This document shows positions 28,805 through 39,540 of a stretch of DNA of 64,000 nucleotides, one piece after another. Position 1 is the stretch's first letter. Each line of letters begins with the position of its first letter. Below the pieces are notes generated by a model. The model saw only the letters and a program-made list of their open reading frames with translations, did not search any database and was not told the DNA's origin. The position numbers and the translations under genes were made by a program. Source of the DNA: Ardenticatenaceae bacterium (GTDB lineage Bacteria; Chloroflexota; Anaerolineae; Promineifilales; Promineifilaceae); assembly GCA_020634215.1 (NCBI GenBank), contig JACKCD010000019.1, positions 30,975-94,974 on the forward strand, written 5' to 3'.

Positions 28805-29815
28805 TCAGCCTACAAGTTTGCCCAGCTCGATTTGGATTTGTGTGGCTGCAGCCAGCCCCGACAAGGCTGCGCCTTCCACACGCGGCCCATTGAAAGCATC
28901 GCCAGCAAAAAGCAGGGGGGGCGTTCCCTGTGTCAGCAAAAACGGTGCTGGATGCACCGTTTCCGGTAGAGCATAGGGCCATTTGGTAAGCTGCGCTTGG
29001 CTGATGGTAGCTCCTGCGGCTAAAAATTGCGCCAACTCGGTTTGCATGAGTGTCAATACATCGTTAACGGCCGTTTGCCACAGTTCGCGGCTGGCAGCAG
29101 GGGAGGCATGGACGGTAATAAGCGTGGTGGGAGAAATTCCCTTGCGCTGGTTGTCAGCTAACCAGCTAAAGCGGTGGTTTGGCCGTTGTAAGGCTCCCGG
29201 TTCGGGCAAATGAACATCGCCTTCCACCCAGAACAGCCCGCAGAGGCAGGGAGCATAGCTGATTTGGTCAAGAGCCGCCTGGTCATCTGCGTGTAGCAAT
29301 GTGTCGCCGTTTGCCAGCAGTGCCAGTGATTGTGGCACGGGCGGGGTTAGCAGCACGGTGCGGCTGTGGTAGGTGTGGTTGTGGCTGTCGGTGGCTTGCC
29401 AGAGGGTGGGGGAAACGGCCGTTAATCCCCACATCTCCACCCCCAATTCAACCTCCACCCCCTGCGCCAGCCAATTAGCAATCCCCGCCATGCCTGCCCG
29501 CCCCGCATAGCGTGGAAAGCCATCTACCGCCTGTTCCCCTAACAAGCTGCCGTCCGACCATCCCCGCGACCATTCAAATACCACTCCTTCGGCCAGCCAT
29601 TGGTCTATAAACTGTTGGAACTGCGGCGACCGTACCGTAAAAAATTGCGCCCCCAAATCAGCCAGCCCTGCGCCCATTGGCCGCGTTGCCAGCCGGCCGC
29701 CAACCACCACGCCTTTTTCCACCACCCGCACCGCCAAACCCGCCCGCTGCAGCCGCCGCGCCGCCATCAGCCCGGCAATCCCCGCCCCAATAATGAGTAT
29801 GTCGGTCGTTCCCAT
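28805..29815 (-). CDS. NAD(P)/FAD-dependent oxidoreductase (COG3380/renalase-like)
   Basis: 336 aa. N-terminal dinucleotide fold ILIIGAGIAGLMAARRLQRAGLAVRVVEKGVVVGGR. Confidence 0.7.
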   Translation of the reverse strand: MGTTDILIIGAGIAGLMAARRLQRAGLAVRVVEKGVVVGGRLATRPMGAGLADLGAQFFTVRSPQFQQFIDQWLAEGVVFEWSRGWSDGSLLGEQAVDGFPRYAGRAGMAGIANWLAQGVEVELGVEMWGLTAVSPTLWQATDSHNHTYHSRTVLLTPPVPQSLALLANGDTLLHADDQAALDQISYAPCLCGLFWVEGDVHLPEPGALQRPNHRFSWLADNQRKGISPTTLITVHASPAASRELWQTAVNDVLTLMQTELAQFLAAGATISQAQLTKWPYALPETVHPAPFLLTQGTPPLLFAGDAFNGPRVEGAALSGLAAATQIQIELGKLVG

Positions 29816-29821
29816 CAGATC

Positions 29822-30169
29822 CTATAAACCTAAACAATACCGGGCGGCATCTTCAATTTTTTGCAAGGCCAGACCAGAAATCTTTCCGGCAGGGTTTTCT
29901 GGAAAGCGTTTGGCATCTAATGAGCGAACCTGGAAGCATAAGAAAACAGTTTCGTGCGGTAGCCCAGTCTCACTAGCTTTGAGTCGAACGTTGGTAGAAT
30001 AGTCACGGGATATATTTTGCCCATTTGTTCCAACAACGACGGTGACAACCAGGGGCAATTTGTTGATAGTATCAATGGATAAAACCAACACTGGGCGATG
30101 CCCCGCCTGCTCGCGCCCCGTTACGGGATTTAAATTGACAAAATAGATTTCGCCACGCTGGATTGTCAT
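29822..30169 (-). CDS. mazF: MazF/PemK-family type II toxin (mRNA interferase)
   Basis: 115 aa. RGEIYFVNLNPVTGREQAGHRPVLVLS...ETVFLCFQVRSLD. 4-nt overlap with the upstream small ORF. Confidence 0.85.
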   Translation of the reverse strand: MTIQRGEIYFVNLNPVTGREQAGHRPVLVLSIDTINKLPLVVTVVVGTNGQNISRDYSTNVRLKASETGLPHETVFLCFQVRSLDAKRFPENPAGKISGLALQKIEDAARYCLGL

Positions 30170-30513
30170 ATTTGATTATCTAGTCCATCAAGTTCTGTGA
30201 ACGCAAAATCTTCTTCTATTTGCTCTAACTCGGCCCGGATTTCCGGATCATTTGCCATTTCAAGAAGCTCTCTTTCAATTTGGGACGATTCCCCAAAACG
30301 ATTTTCGCGGATGCGGTGAATAAGGCGTTCCATTAGCCAAAGTTGCTCATCCAAAGAAAGTCGGTTGATGTGATTTTCAATTTGGTTTAGTGCTAACATG
30401 TTCATGATCTGAACCTCTTCCAGTTCATCAAAGAATTCTGTAGAATCATGTGTATCCCAAAATTCGGATTCTTCTTGCTCATTGTGAAAAACAGGTATTT
30501 TTGACTTACTCAT
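30166..30513 (-). CDS. Putative antitoxin of MazF, atypical and possibly chimeric
   Basis: 115 aa, acidic. The N-terminal 36 aa (KIPVFHNEQEESEFWDTHDSTEFFDE) resemble BrnA/CopG-type antitoxin N-termini. The remainder (from MNMLALNQ..., internal ATG at 30405) has LSLDEQLWLMERLIHRI, an addiction-module-like helix. Confidence 0.55.
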   Translation of the reverse strand: MSKSKIPVFHNEQEESEFWDTHDSTEFFDELEEVQIMNMLALNQIENHINRLSLDEQLWLMERLIHRIRENRFGESSQIERELLEMANDPEIRAELEQIEEDFAFTELDGLDNQI

Positions 30514-30521
30514 AGCTCATG

Positions 30522-32591
<2,070 letters not shown>

Positions 32592-32725
32592 TTATTTCTC
32601 CTGCATCAAGATGACATGATTATAACATGGTCTGTGCTGCCCAATAGAGAAATTGGGTGGGGTGCATTTCAGTTTTAGGGCATGTTAAACACGCCTTTCC
32701 ACAAACTATTTTTTTAGCCAAGAAT

Positions 32726-32810
32726 TGTCATTTCGACGAGTCTTCGAGGAGAAATCCCGCTCAAATGGCGGGTATAAGAGCGGGATTTCTCGGAGGACCT
32801 CGAAATGACA
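32726..32810. repeat. 85-nt imperfect palindromic (MITE/REP-like) element
   Basis: TGTCATTTCGACGAGTCTTCGAGGAGAAATCCCGCTC ... GAGCGGGATTTCTCGGAGGACCTCGAAATGACA. Intergenic, upstream of ligA. Confidence 0.7.
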
Positions 32811-32933
32811 CTTGTTTTACTAGCTGCTTGGTTAAAGATTATGTCAAACTTACTAAGTTTGCTCCCAAACTGAAATACACCCATTGGGTGATGGAGCTTG
32901 TGACCATAATAGAGTTGGGTATATACTACACTC

Positions 32934-32984
32934 ATGAAGTTTGAATGGGATGAGCAAAAGAACCAGTCCAACGTGCGGCAAGCA
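32934..32984 (+). pseudogene. Remnant of a BrnT/DUF497 toxin gene (first 16 or so codons only)
   Basis: MKFEWDEQKNQSNVRQ matches the conserved BrnT N-terminus; homology is lost afterwards. Confidence 0.5.
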
Positions 32985-33024
32985 GTTGCAAACTTCGATA
33001 TGCTGATTAGATTGGAGCAAATGA

Positions 33025-33111
33025 ATGCCAACAATATCCATGTTCTATGGAATCATCATCCGGATGTACTATGCACCAAAGGAACCGTTCAAAATTCAGC
33101 CGCTACAGTAA
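33025..33111 (+). pseudogene. Truncated DUF4160 gene (28 codons)
   Basis: An alternative frame reads MPTISMFYGIIIRMYYAPKE, the canonical DUF4160 N-terminus, then PFKIQPLQ-stop. Confidence 0.55.
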
Positions 33112-33122
33112 AAGGTAAAATT

Positions 33123-33404
33123 ATGTATCCATCTGTGAAAAAGGTCATTCCTGCTGAGGATTATCTTCTCTCGATTGACTTTGATAATGGAGAGAAAAGA
33201 ATTTTAGATATGAAGCCATATTTGGGCTTTGGTGTTTTTCAAAAACTCAAGGAGCGCAGAGCCTTTAATAGAGTTCATGTATCATTTGATACCATAGAAT
33301 GGGAGTCAGGGATAGACCTTGATCCTGAGTTTGTTTACAGCAAAAGTCAGCGGGTGGTCGCACAACAAGTTGCTCCAGCCGATGAGGAAAAGCAGCGCGG
33401 CTGA
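33123..33404 (+). CDS. DUF2442-family protein (usual partner of DUF4160)
   Basis: MYPSVKKVIPAEDYLLSIDFDNGEKRILDMKPYL...FDTIEWESGIDLDPEFVY. The internal ATG at 33123 lies within the listed 156-aa ORF. Confidence 0.65.
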   Translation: MYPSVKKVIPAEDYLLSIDFDNGEKRILDMKPYLGFGVFQKLKERRAFNRVHVSFDTIEWESGIDLDPEFVYSKSQRVVAQQVAPADEEKQRG

Positions 33405-33434
33405 ACGATAACATTATGCCGCCCATTTAATTGC

Positions 33435-34001
33435 CTAGTTGATGGTGTCGTTTGACAGCCAATACTTTTTACAAACCGTATGAACTCCCTCGTTTATTTG
33501 AAGCAGTGCTACATTATCGAAGCACAACTCAAAATTTGGCGTGTCGATTTGTCCCAAAAAAGACCACACGTTGTCGAAATTTTGTGAGTTTAGTCCTTGA
33601 TGTGCCAAAGTGATATGATAATGAAGCGTTGCGTTATCAAATGGACTCCATTGCATCCAATCCAGCTGCTTTAAGGCTTCAAGCAATTGATTATGAGCTT
33701 GCCGGGCAGCTATTGAGGGCACAACATCCATAAAAAGAACAAAAGCCCCAGCATTTTGAAAAAAGTTAAATCCTTTTATGTTCCACTTGGTTTTAGCCTG
33801 TGAGAGGCTAAACGTCTCTAAAGTGTGATCTACCTCGTGGATATTTAACGCCTGAAAACGATATTTCAGTGTAATATGCGATGGTGCATGTAGATCGTGG
33901 TGCCCAACCAAATTGAAAGCATCTTCAATTTTATGCCGCAAGCTGCGGTGATAGACACTGACTTCATCAGGGAGTAGATAGACGATTCCAAACTCCTGCA
34001 T
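33435..34001 (-). CDS. 2H-superfamily phosphoesterase (LigT / 2'-5' RNA ligase-like)
   Basis: 188 aa with two HxT motifs: PSHITLKY and HYHITLAH. Confidence 0.7.
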   Translation of the reverse strand: MQEFGIVYLLPDEVSVYHRSLRHKIEDAFNLVGHHDLHAPSHITLKYRFQALNIHEVDHTLETFSLSQAKTKWNIKGFNFFQNAGAFVLFMDVVPSIAARQAHNQLLEALKQLDWMQWSPFDNATLHYHITLAHQGLNSQNFDNVWSFLGQIDTPNFELCFDNVALLQINEGVHTVCKKYWLSNDTIN

Positions 34002-34013
34002 CAGGTTTATAGT

Positions 34014-35522
34014 TCACAACTGATAAAGATCGCCAAATTTGCCACGCAGATAAGCCATGTATGGCTCAATTCGCAGCGGGCCGCCGGTGACGCGCTCGAT
34101 GAGTTCGTTGGCGGTGAGTTTGCTGCCGTGCTGGTAGATGTTTTCGATGAGCCAATTGTGCAGCGTGCCAAACTGCCCCTGGCCGATTTCGTCGGGAATG
34201 GTGGGGTGGGCTTGCAGGGCTTGGTCATAAAACAGCCCGCTTAAAATGTTGCCCAGCGTGTAGCCCTGGAATGCACCGCCAATCAGTCCGCCATACCAAT
34301 GGACATCTTGCAGCACCCCGTTCACGTCGCTGGGGGCGTGCAGCCCCAGGTCGGATTGGTAGCGGGCGTGCCACGCTTCGGGCAAATCTTTGATCGCCAG
34401 CTTGCCTTCCAGCAGCGCCAGTTCCAAATCGAAGCGGATCATAACGTGGAGGTTGTAGGTCACTTCGTCGGCTTCGGTGCGGATGAGTGAGGGCTGGACT
34501 TTGTTGATGGCGCGGTGGAAGGTGTCGAGCGGCACGCTGCCAAGCTGGGTGGGGAAGGCGGCCTGTAGCTGCGGGTAGTAATGACCCCACATGCCCCGGC
34601 TGCGCCCAACGACGTTTTCCCACAGCCGCGACTGGCTTTCATGCACCCCGGCCGAGGTGCCGCTGTTAAGGGTGGTCTGTTCCAATGCCAAGCTGATGCC
34701 CTGCTCATACATGCCGTGTCCGGCTTCGTGCAGGGTGCTAAAAAGGCAGTCGGCGAGGTTGTTTTCGTCCACGCGGGTGGTGATGCGGACATCGCCGATG
34801 CTGAATTTGATGGCGAAGGGGTGATGGGTTTTGTCCTGCCGGCCGCGCTGGAAATCATAGCCAAAGGCGGTGGCAACGGCCGTTCCAAAGGCCAACTGCT
34901 CTGCTTCCGGGTACGGCTGGTGCAAACAACTGTTGTCAATCGGCTCCCGTTCGGCAATGGCCTGCACCAGCGGCACAAGCTGCTGGCGCAGTTCGCCAAA
35001 CACCCGCTGAATATCGGTCGCCTTCATCCCCTGGTCAGAAAAATCAATCAGCGGGTCGGCAATATGGTCATAACCGGGGAAACAGTCGGCCATTTGGCGG
35101 CTGTAGTCAAGCGTTTTTTCCAGATAGGGGCGCGTTTTGGCAAAATCGTTGGCCGGCCGTGCCTCGGCCCACACCTGGTAGCTTTCTGAGGCGTGGGTGG
35201 TAATTTGTGATAGGAGGCTAGAAGGAACCTTGATTAGCCGTTCATACTGCTGTCGCACCACCCGAATCAGGCTGGCATCGTCACTGTCATACGGTAATGA
35301 TTCCCCATACGCTTGCAGGTCATCTAAAAGTTGGCCTACGCGGGCATCGGTAAATTTTTCGTGCGACAGGCGACCCAGCGTTGCCATTTGTCGTCCCCGC
35401 GCTGCTGCTCCCCCTGGCGGCATGTGGGTTTGCTGATCCCAGCCTAATACGGCTCCGGCCATGTTCAAATCGTTGACTTCGCTCAGACGCTCTTTCAGTT
35501 CGGCTAATTTTTGCTCCATCAT
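34014..35522 (-). CDS. M32 carboxypeptidase (Taq-type metallocarboxypeptidase)
   Basis: 502 aa. HEAGHGMYEQG (HExxH) and HESQSRLWEN motifs. Confidence 0.9.
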   Translation of the reverse strand: MMEQKLAELKERLSEVNDLNMAGAVLGWDQQTHMPPGGAAARGRQMATLGRLSHEKFTDARVGQLLDDLQAYGESLPYDSDDASLIRVVRQQYERLIKVPSSLLSQITTHASESYQVWAEARPANDFAKTRPYLEKTLDYSRQMADCFPGYDHIADPLIDFSDQGMKATDIQRVFGELRQQLVPLVQAIAEREPIDNSCLHQPYPEAEQLAFGTAVATAFGYDFQRGRQDKTHHPFAIKFSIGDVRITTRVDENNLADCLFSTLHEAGHGMYEQGISLALEQTTLNSGTSAGVHESQSRLWENVVGRSRGMWGHYYPQLQAAFPTQLGSVPLDTFHRAINKVQPSLIRTEADEVTYNLHVMIRFDLELALLEGKLAIKDLPEAWHARYQSDLGLHAPSDVNGVLQDVHWYGGLIGGAFQGYTLGNILSGLFYDQALQAHPTIPDEIGQGQFGTLHNWLIENIYQHGSKLTANELIERVTGGPLRIEPYMAYLRGKFGDLYQL

Positions 35523-35540
35523 TGCGTATCCTTTCTCACC

Positions 35541-35574
35541 AGAAGTTCAACTTCTTCTGAGAAGTTGAACTTCT
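35541..35574. repeat. 34-nt perfect hairpin element, copy 1 (AGAAGTTCAACTTCT-TCTG-AGAAGTTGAACTTCT)
   Basis: 15-bp perfect arms, 4-nt loop. 18 nt upstream of the minus-strand start at 35522. Confidence 0.9.
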
Positions 35575-35751
35575 CAAATATAAGTGCAATTATAGGACAA
35601 TTTGGTGGAATTGCCCTACAAACGGCCGTTTTCATTAGGCGTTTATCTAACAAAATGTTATCCTATCCTCACACGCTGTCAAAACGTTGAACCCCATCAC
35701 GCACCTTGACGGCCGTTTTATTAACCCCTTGTCCCACGTAAGGAGGAACGA

Positions 35752-38700
35752 ATGTCCAAGTTTGATGGCTTACTCAAATGGCGCTGTATTGGCCCATTTC
35801 GCGGCGGGCGCGTTGTCACCGTGGCTGGCGACCGCCATAACCCCAACACCTTTTATTTTGGCGGCTGCGCCGGTGGCGTGTGGAAAACCACTGATGCAGG
35901 AACCTATTGGGAATGTATCTCCGATGGTTACTTCAACACATCGGCCGTTGGCGCACTGGCCGTGGCCGACTCTGACCCCAACGTGATTTTTGCCGGAACG
36001 GGCGAAACCACCATCCGCATTGACGTGTCCCACGGCGACGGGGTGTATAAATCCACCGACGCGGGCAAGAGCTGGAGCCACATGGGGCTGGCCGACACCC
36101 GCCACATCGCCAAAATTCGCATCCACCCCACCAACCCCGACATTGTGTATGTAGCCGCTTTCGGCCATGCCTTTGGCCCCAACCCAGAGCGCGGCGTTTA
36201 CAAATCTACCGACGGCGGCAAAACGTGGAGCCAGGTGCTGTTCCGCAGCGACAAGGCTGGGGCGATTGATTTGAGCATTGACCCCACCAACCCGCGTGTC
36301 ATTTACGCCGCTTTTTGGGAGGCTTACCGCAGCTTTTCCCAAATTTCCAGCGGCGGCCCCGACAGCAGCATTTACAAATCCACCGACGGCGGCGAAACGT
36401 GGAGCGACATCAGCAAAAACCCTGGTTTGCCAAAGGGAATCATGGGCAAGATTGCCGTGGCGGCCTCGCCAGCGCGGCCGGGGCGGGTGTGGGCGTTGAT
36501 TGAACACAAAAGCCACGCCGGGATGTACCGCTCCGACAATGGTGGCGACACATGGGAACATGTGAGCGATAACCAAAACCTCGTTTCCCGCGCCTGGTAC
36601 TACATTCACCTCACGGCTGACCCGCAGGATGGCGACACCGTTTATGTCAATAACCTGTCGCTGTGGAAATCGGTGGATGCTGGCAAGACGTATGACCAGA
36701 TTACCACCCCACACGGCGATAACCACGACATTTGGATTAACCCCAACGACCCGCAGCGGATGGTGCAGGGGAATGACGGGGGGGCGTGTGTCACGGTGAA
36801 TGGGGGTGTTTCGTGGTCAACGATTTATAACCAGCCAACGGCGCAGTTTTACCATTTGGATGTGAGTAACCAGGATCCGTATATTGTCTATGGGACGCAG
36901 CAGGATAACAGCAGTTTGGGGGTGCCGAGTCGCAGTAACGGCCGTTCTATCACCTGGGCCGACTGTTTCCTCGCGGGTTCTGGCGAAAGCGGCTACATCG
37001 CCGTCAACCCTGACGACCCCGACATTGTGTTTGTGGGCGCGATTGGCAGTTCCCCCGGCGGCGGCAACGCCTTGCAGCGGTATGATCATCGCACCAAACA
37101 AATTCGCCTGGTGACAACCTGGCCGGTGGGGATGCGCGGCTATGGCGCAGGGCAGCACAAACACCGCTTTGCCTGGACCTACCCCATCATTTACTCCCCC
37201 CACGACAGCAATGTGATTTATATTGGCGGCAACTACGTTTTTAAAACGACTAACGAAGGGCAAAGCTGGCAAGCCATTAGCCCTGACCTGACGCGAGCCG
37301 ACCCGGAAACGCTTCAACCAACCGGTGGCCCGATCAACAAGGACGCGCTGGGGGCGGAAACCTACGCCACCGTCTTCGCGCTGGCTGAATCTCCCCATGA
37401 ACAGGGGGTGCTGTGGGCTGGTTCTGACGACGGGTATTTGCACATTACCAAAGATGGCGGGGCTAACTGGACAAAGCTGGAGCCGGGTTGGCCGGAGTGG
37501 ATGATGGTGAGCATGATTGAGCCATCGCCCCATGACCCGGCAACGGCGTATGTGGCGGGGACGCGCTACAAGCTGGATGATTACCAGCCCTACCTCTACA
37601 AAACAACGGATTACGGCCAAAGCTGGACGCGCATTAACGACGGCATTGCCGATGACGACTTTACGCGGGCGATTCGGGAAGACCCGAACCGGCAAGGGTT
37701 GCTGTATGCTGGAACGGAAACAGGGCTGTATATCTCCTTCGATGATGGTGGCTCGTGGGAGCGTTTCCAACTCAATTTGCCTGTCACGCCAATCCATGAT
37801 TTGAAGGTGAAGAATCAGGATTTGGTGGTGGCAACACACGGCCGTTCCTTCTGGATTCTCGATGACATTACGCCGCTGTACCAGTACAGCGATGAACTGC
37901 GCGAAAAGACGGCGCATCTGTTTAAGCCGCGCCGCAGCGTGCGGGTGCTGCCCAAGATTTTTGAAGGGTTTAGCCGAGGGGTCTTGAATAAGAAGAGCTA
38001 CATGAGTACGCTGGGGATTGTGGCGGCCTTTACGCAGACCAAGACAAAGGAGGGGCGGCTGGATGCCAGCTTCCACGATTCGGGTGAGAACCCACCGCGT
38101 GAGGTGATTGTCACCTACCACTTGCAGGCTGCGCTGGAGAAGCCGCTGAAGCTTGTTTTTAAGGATTCGGCCGGCAACGAGGTGCGTTCGTTTGATGGGT
38201 ATGTGGAACCGAGCGATGATGATAAGAAGAAAAAGGGCGGTGATGAGCTGGAAGCGCCGATGGAAGCGGGCTGGAATCGGTTCCTATGGGACATGCACTA
38301 TCCGCCGGTGACGAAGATTAAAGGTAGTGACCCCATATCAGAGGCCACCATCGAAGGTGCAATGGTGGCTCCGGGTACCTACTCAGTGACGCTGGTGGTG
38401 GGTGAGGAGAGTATGACCGAGACTTTTGAGATTGTGCAGGAGCCTGGCACAACGGGGACGCAGGCAGATTTAGAGGCGCAGCGGGATTTGTGGCTGGCGA
38501 TCAACGGCAAGCTGGATGAAGCGGCCAAGGCGATTAATCGGTCACGCGACCTGCGGGCGCAGTTGGCAGGCTGGGCAGAACGGGTTGGTCATGAAGAGCT
38601 GGCGCAGCAGGCTTCTGACCTGCGGAAAATGGTGCTGGCGATTGAAGAGAAGCTCCACGTGCCGGATTTGCGGCCGGGTTGGGCGGATGGCATTAACGCC

Positions 38701-38907
38701 GGTACGCGGCTGTTTGAGCAGTTGGCGGGGTTGCCATCGGCCGTTAATCTGGGTGATTACAAGCCGACGGATCAGGCGCAAGAGGTGCTTGCCGATTTAG
38801 CGGGTCAGATTGATGCCGTGCTGGCGGAAATGAATAGCTTTATCAAGAAGGATATTGCTAACTTTAATGATTCTATGGAGGGGGTAACGGCCGTTGTTCC
38901 ACAATAG
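35752..38907 (+). CDS. BNR/Asp-box repeat (sortilin/VPS10-like) beta-propeller protein
   Basis: 1051 aa. Repeated S(T)DxGxTW motifs (STDAGKSWS, STDGGKTWS, STDGGETWS, SDNGGDTWE, ...). AAGGAGG RBS. Confidence 0.8.
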   Translation: MSKFDGLLKWRCIGPFRGGRVVTVAGDRHNPNTFYFGGCAGGVWKTTDAGTYWECISDGYFNTSAVGALAVADSDPNVIFAGTGETTIRIDVSHGDGVYKSTDAGKSWSHMGLADTRHIAKIRIHPTNPDIVYVAAFGHAFGPNPERGVYKSTDGGKTWSQVLFRSDKAGAIDLSIDPTNPRVIYAAFWEAYRSFSQISSGGPDSSIYKSTDGGETWSDISKNPGLPKGIMGKIAVAASPARPGRVWALIEHKSHAGMYRSDNGGDTWEHVSDNQNLVSRAWYYIHLTADPQDGDTVYVNNLSLWKSVDAGKTYDQITTPHGDNHDIWINPNDPQRMVQGNDGGACVTVNGGVSWSTIYNQPTAQFYHLDVSNQDPYIVYGTQQDNSSLGVPSRSNGRSITWADCFLAGSGESGYIAVNPDDPDIVFVGAIGSSPGGGNALQRYDHRTKQIRLVTTWPVGMRGYGAGQHKHRFAWTYPIIYSPHDSNVIYIGGNYVFKTTNEGQSWQAISPDLTRADPETLQPTGGPINKDALGAETYATVFALAESPHEQGVLWAGSDDGYLHITKDGGANWTKLEPGWPEWMMVSMIEPSPHDPATAYVAGTRYKLDDYQPYLYKTTDYGQSWTRINDGIADDDFTRAIREDPNRQGLLYAGTETGLYISFDDGGSWERFQLNLPVTPIHDLKVKNQDLVVATHGRSFWILDDITPLYQYSDELREKTAHLFKPRRSVRVLPKIFEGFSRGVLNKKSYMSTLGIVAAFTQTKTKEGRLDASFHDSGENPPREVIVTYHLQAALEKPLKLVFKDSAGNEVRSFDGYVEPSDDDKKKKGGDELEAPMEAGWNRFLWDMHYPPVTKIKGSDPISEATIEGAMVAPGTYSVTLVVGEESMTETFEIVQEPGTTGTQADLEAQRDLWLAINGKLDEAAKAINRSRDLRAQLAGWAERVGHEELAQQASDLRKMVLAIEEKLHVPDLRPGWADGINAGTRLFEQLAGLPSAVNLGDYKPTDQAQEVLADLAGQIDAVLAEMNSFIKKDIANFNDSMEGVTAVVPQ

Positions 38908-38935
38908 TGGCGTTTGGTTAAGGTTCTAGCAAATG

Positions 38936-38980
38936 GGAGATTAGAGATTGGAAATGAAAGACGGTCAATCTCCAATCTCC
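38936..38980. repeat. Inverted array of GAGATT-core short-period repeats (hairpin after the stop codon)
   Basis: GGAGATTAGAGATTGG ... loop ... TCAATCTCCAATCTCC. Confidence 0.75.
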
Positions 38981-39183
38981 TCTTTGGCAATAGGCCGTAT
39001 GTGTTATGTGGGTTTTTATTGGCTGCCGTTAGTATCTTAACGATGAAATTCGTGTAAGCTAAACAAGAAAATGAACTACAGATGCACACAGATAAACACT
39101 GATTTTCTTATCTGTTTTCATCTGCGTTTATCTGTAGTTGATTCATCTTTTTGGTTGCGGCTTGTCCGCGTTAGGATCATAAC

Positions 39184-39504
39184 ATGGCTTTAGATGAAAC
39201 ATATCGCAATGAGGTAATGGGGAAGTTGGAGCTGGTTTTGCCCGATGTGCATGACCGCAAGATGTTTGGTGGGCTGGGGATTTATAGCGAGACGTGGTTT
39301 TTTGCCCTGATCACGAGTGATAATGTGCTGTATTTTAAGGTAGATGACAGCAACCGTGTGGAGTATGAGGGGCGGGGGATGCCACGGTTTGAGCGGATGC
39401 CGTATTATCGGGTGCCGGATGGGGTGCTGGAGGATTTGGAGCAGTTAAAGGGGTGGGCAGAAACGGCCGTTTCTGTTGCCAAACGTGCTAAGAAAAAGGT
39501 ATGA
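39184..39504 (+). CDS. TfoX N-terminal-domain protein
   Basis: 106 aa. DRKMFGGLGIYSETWFFALI is typical of TfoX_N. Confidence 0.7.
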   Translation: MALDETYRNEVMGKLELVLPDVHDRKMFGGLGIYSETWFFALITSDNVLYFKVDDSNRVEYEGRGMPRFERMPYYRVPDGVLEDLEQLKGWAETAVSVAKRAKKKV

Positions 39505-39540
39505 TTTGCTCAGAAAATTGCCCTAATTTGGCTATTTGTA

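Noticed and set aside
32934-33404. The 156-aa ORF as one protein
   Set aside because: Its N-terminus matches BrnT for only 16 or so residues, the middle has no homology in this frame (DUF4160 is in another frame), and the C-terminal 93 aa are a complete DUF2442 protein with its own ATG.
35541-35574. The 34-nt hairpins as intrinsic terminators
   Set aside because: No T/U-tract follows the stem on either strand, and copies 1 and 3 are not positioned right after a stop codon. A 5'-UTR or operator role fits the placement better.
35770-38121. Long minus-strand ORFs (318 aa and 434 aa) inside the BNR-repeat gene
   Set aside because: These are shadow ORFs typical of GC-rich coding DNA. The translations are Arg/Pro/Gly-rich and low complexity, while the plus strand carries repeated Asp-box motifs.
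39075-39140. CAGATAAAC/CAGATGAA-type imperfect inverted repeat, and the related TTATCCGCGTTCATCCGTGTTCGTCTGCG near 63560-63600
   Set aside because: These are probably another small REP-like family, but the two copies are too degenerate for me to define boundaries or a consensus by eye.
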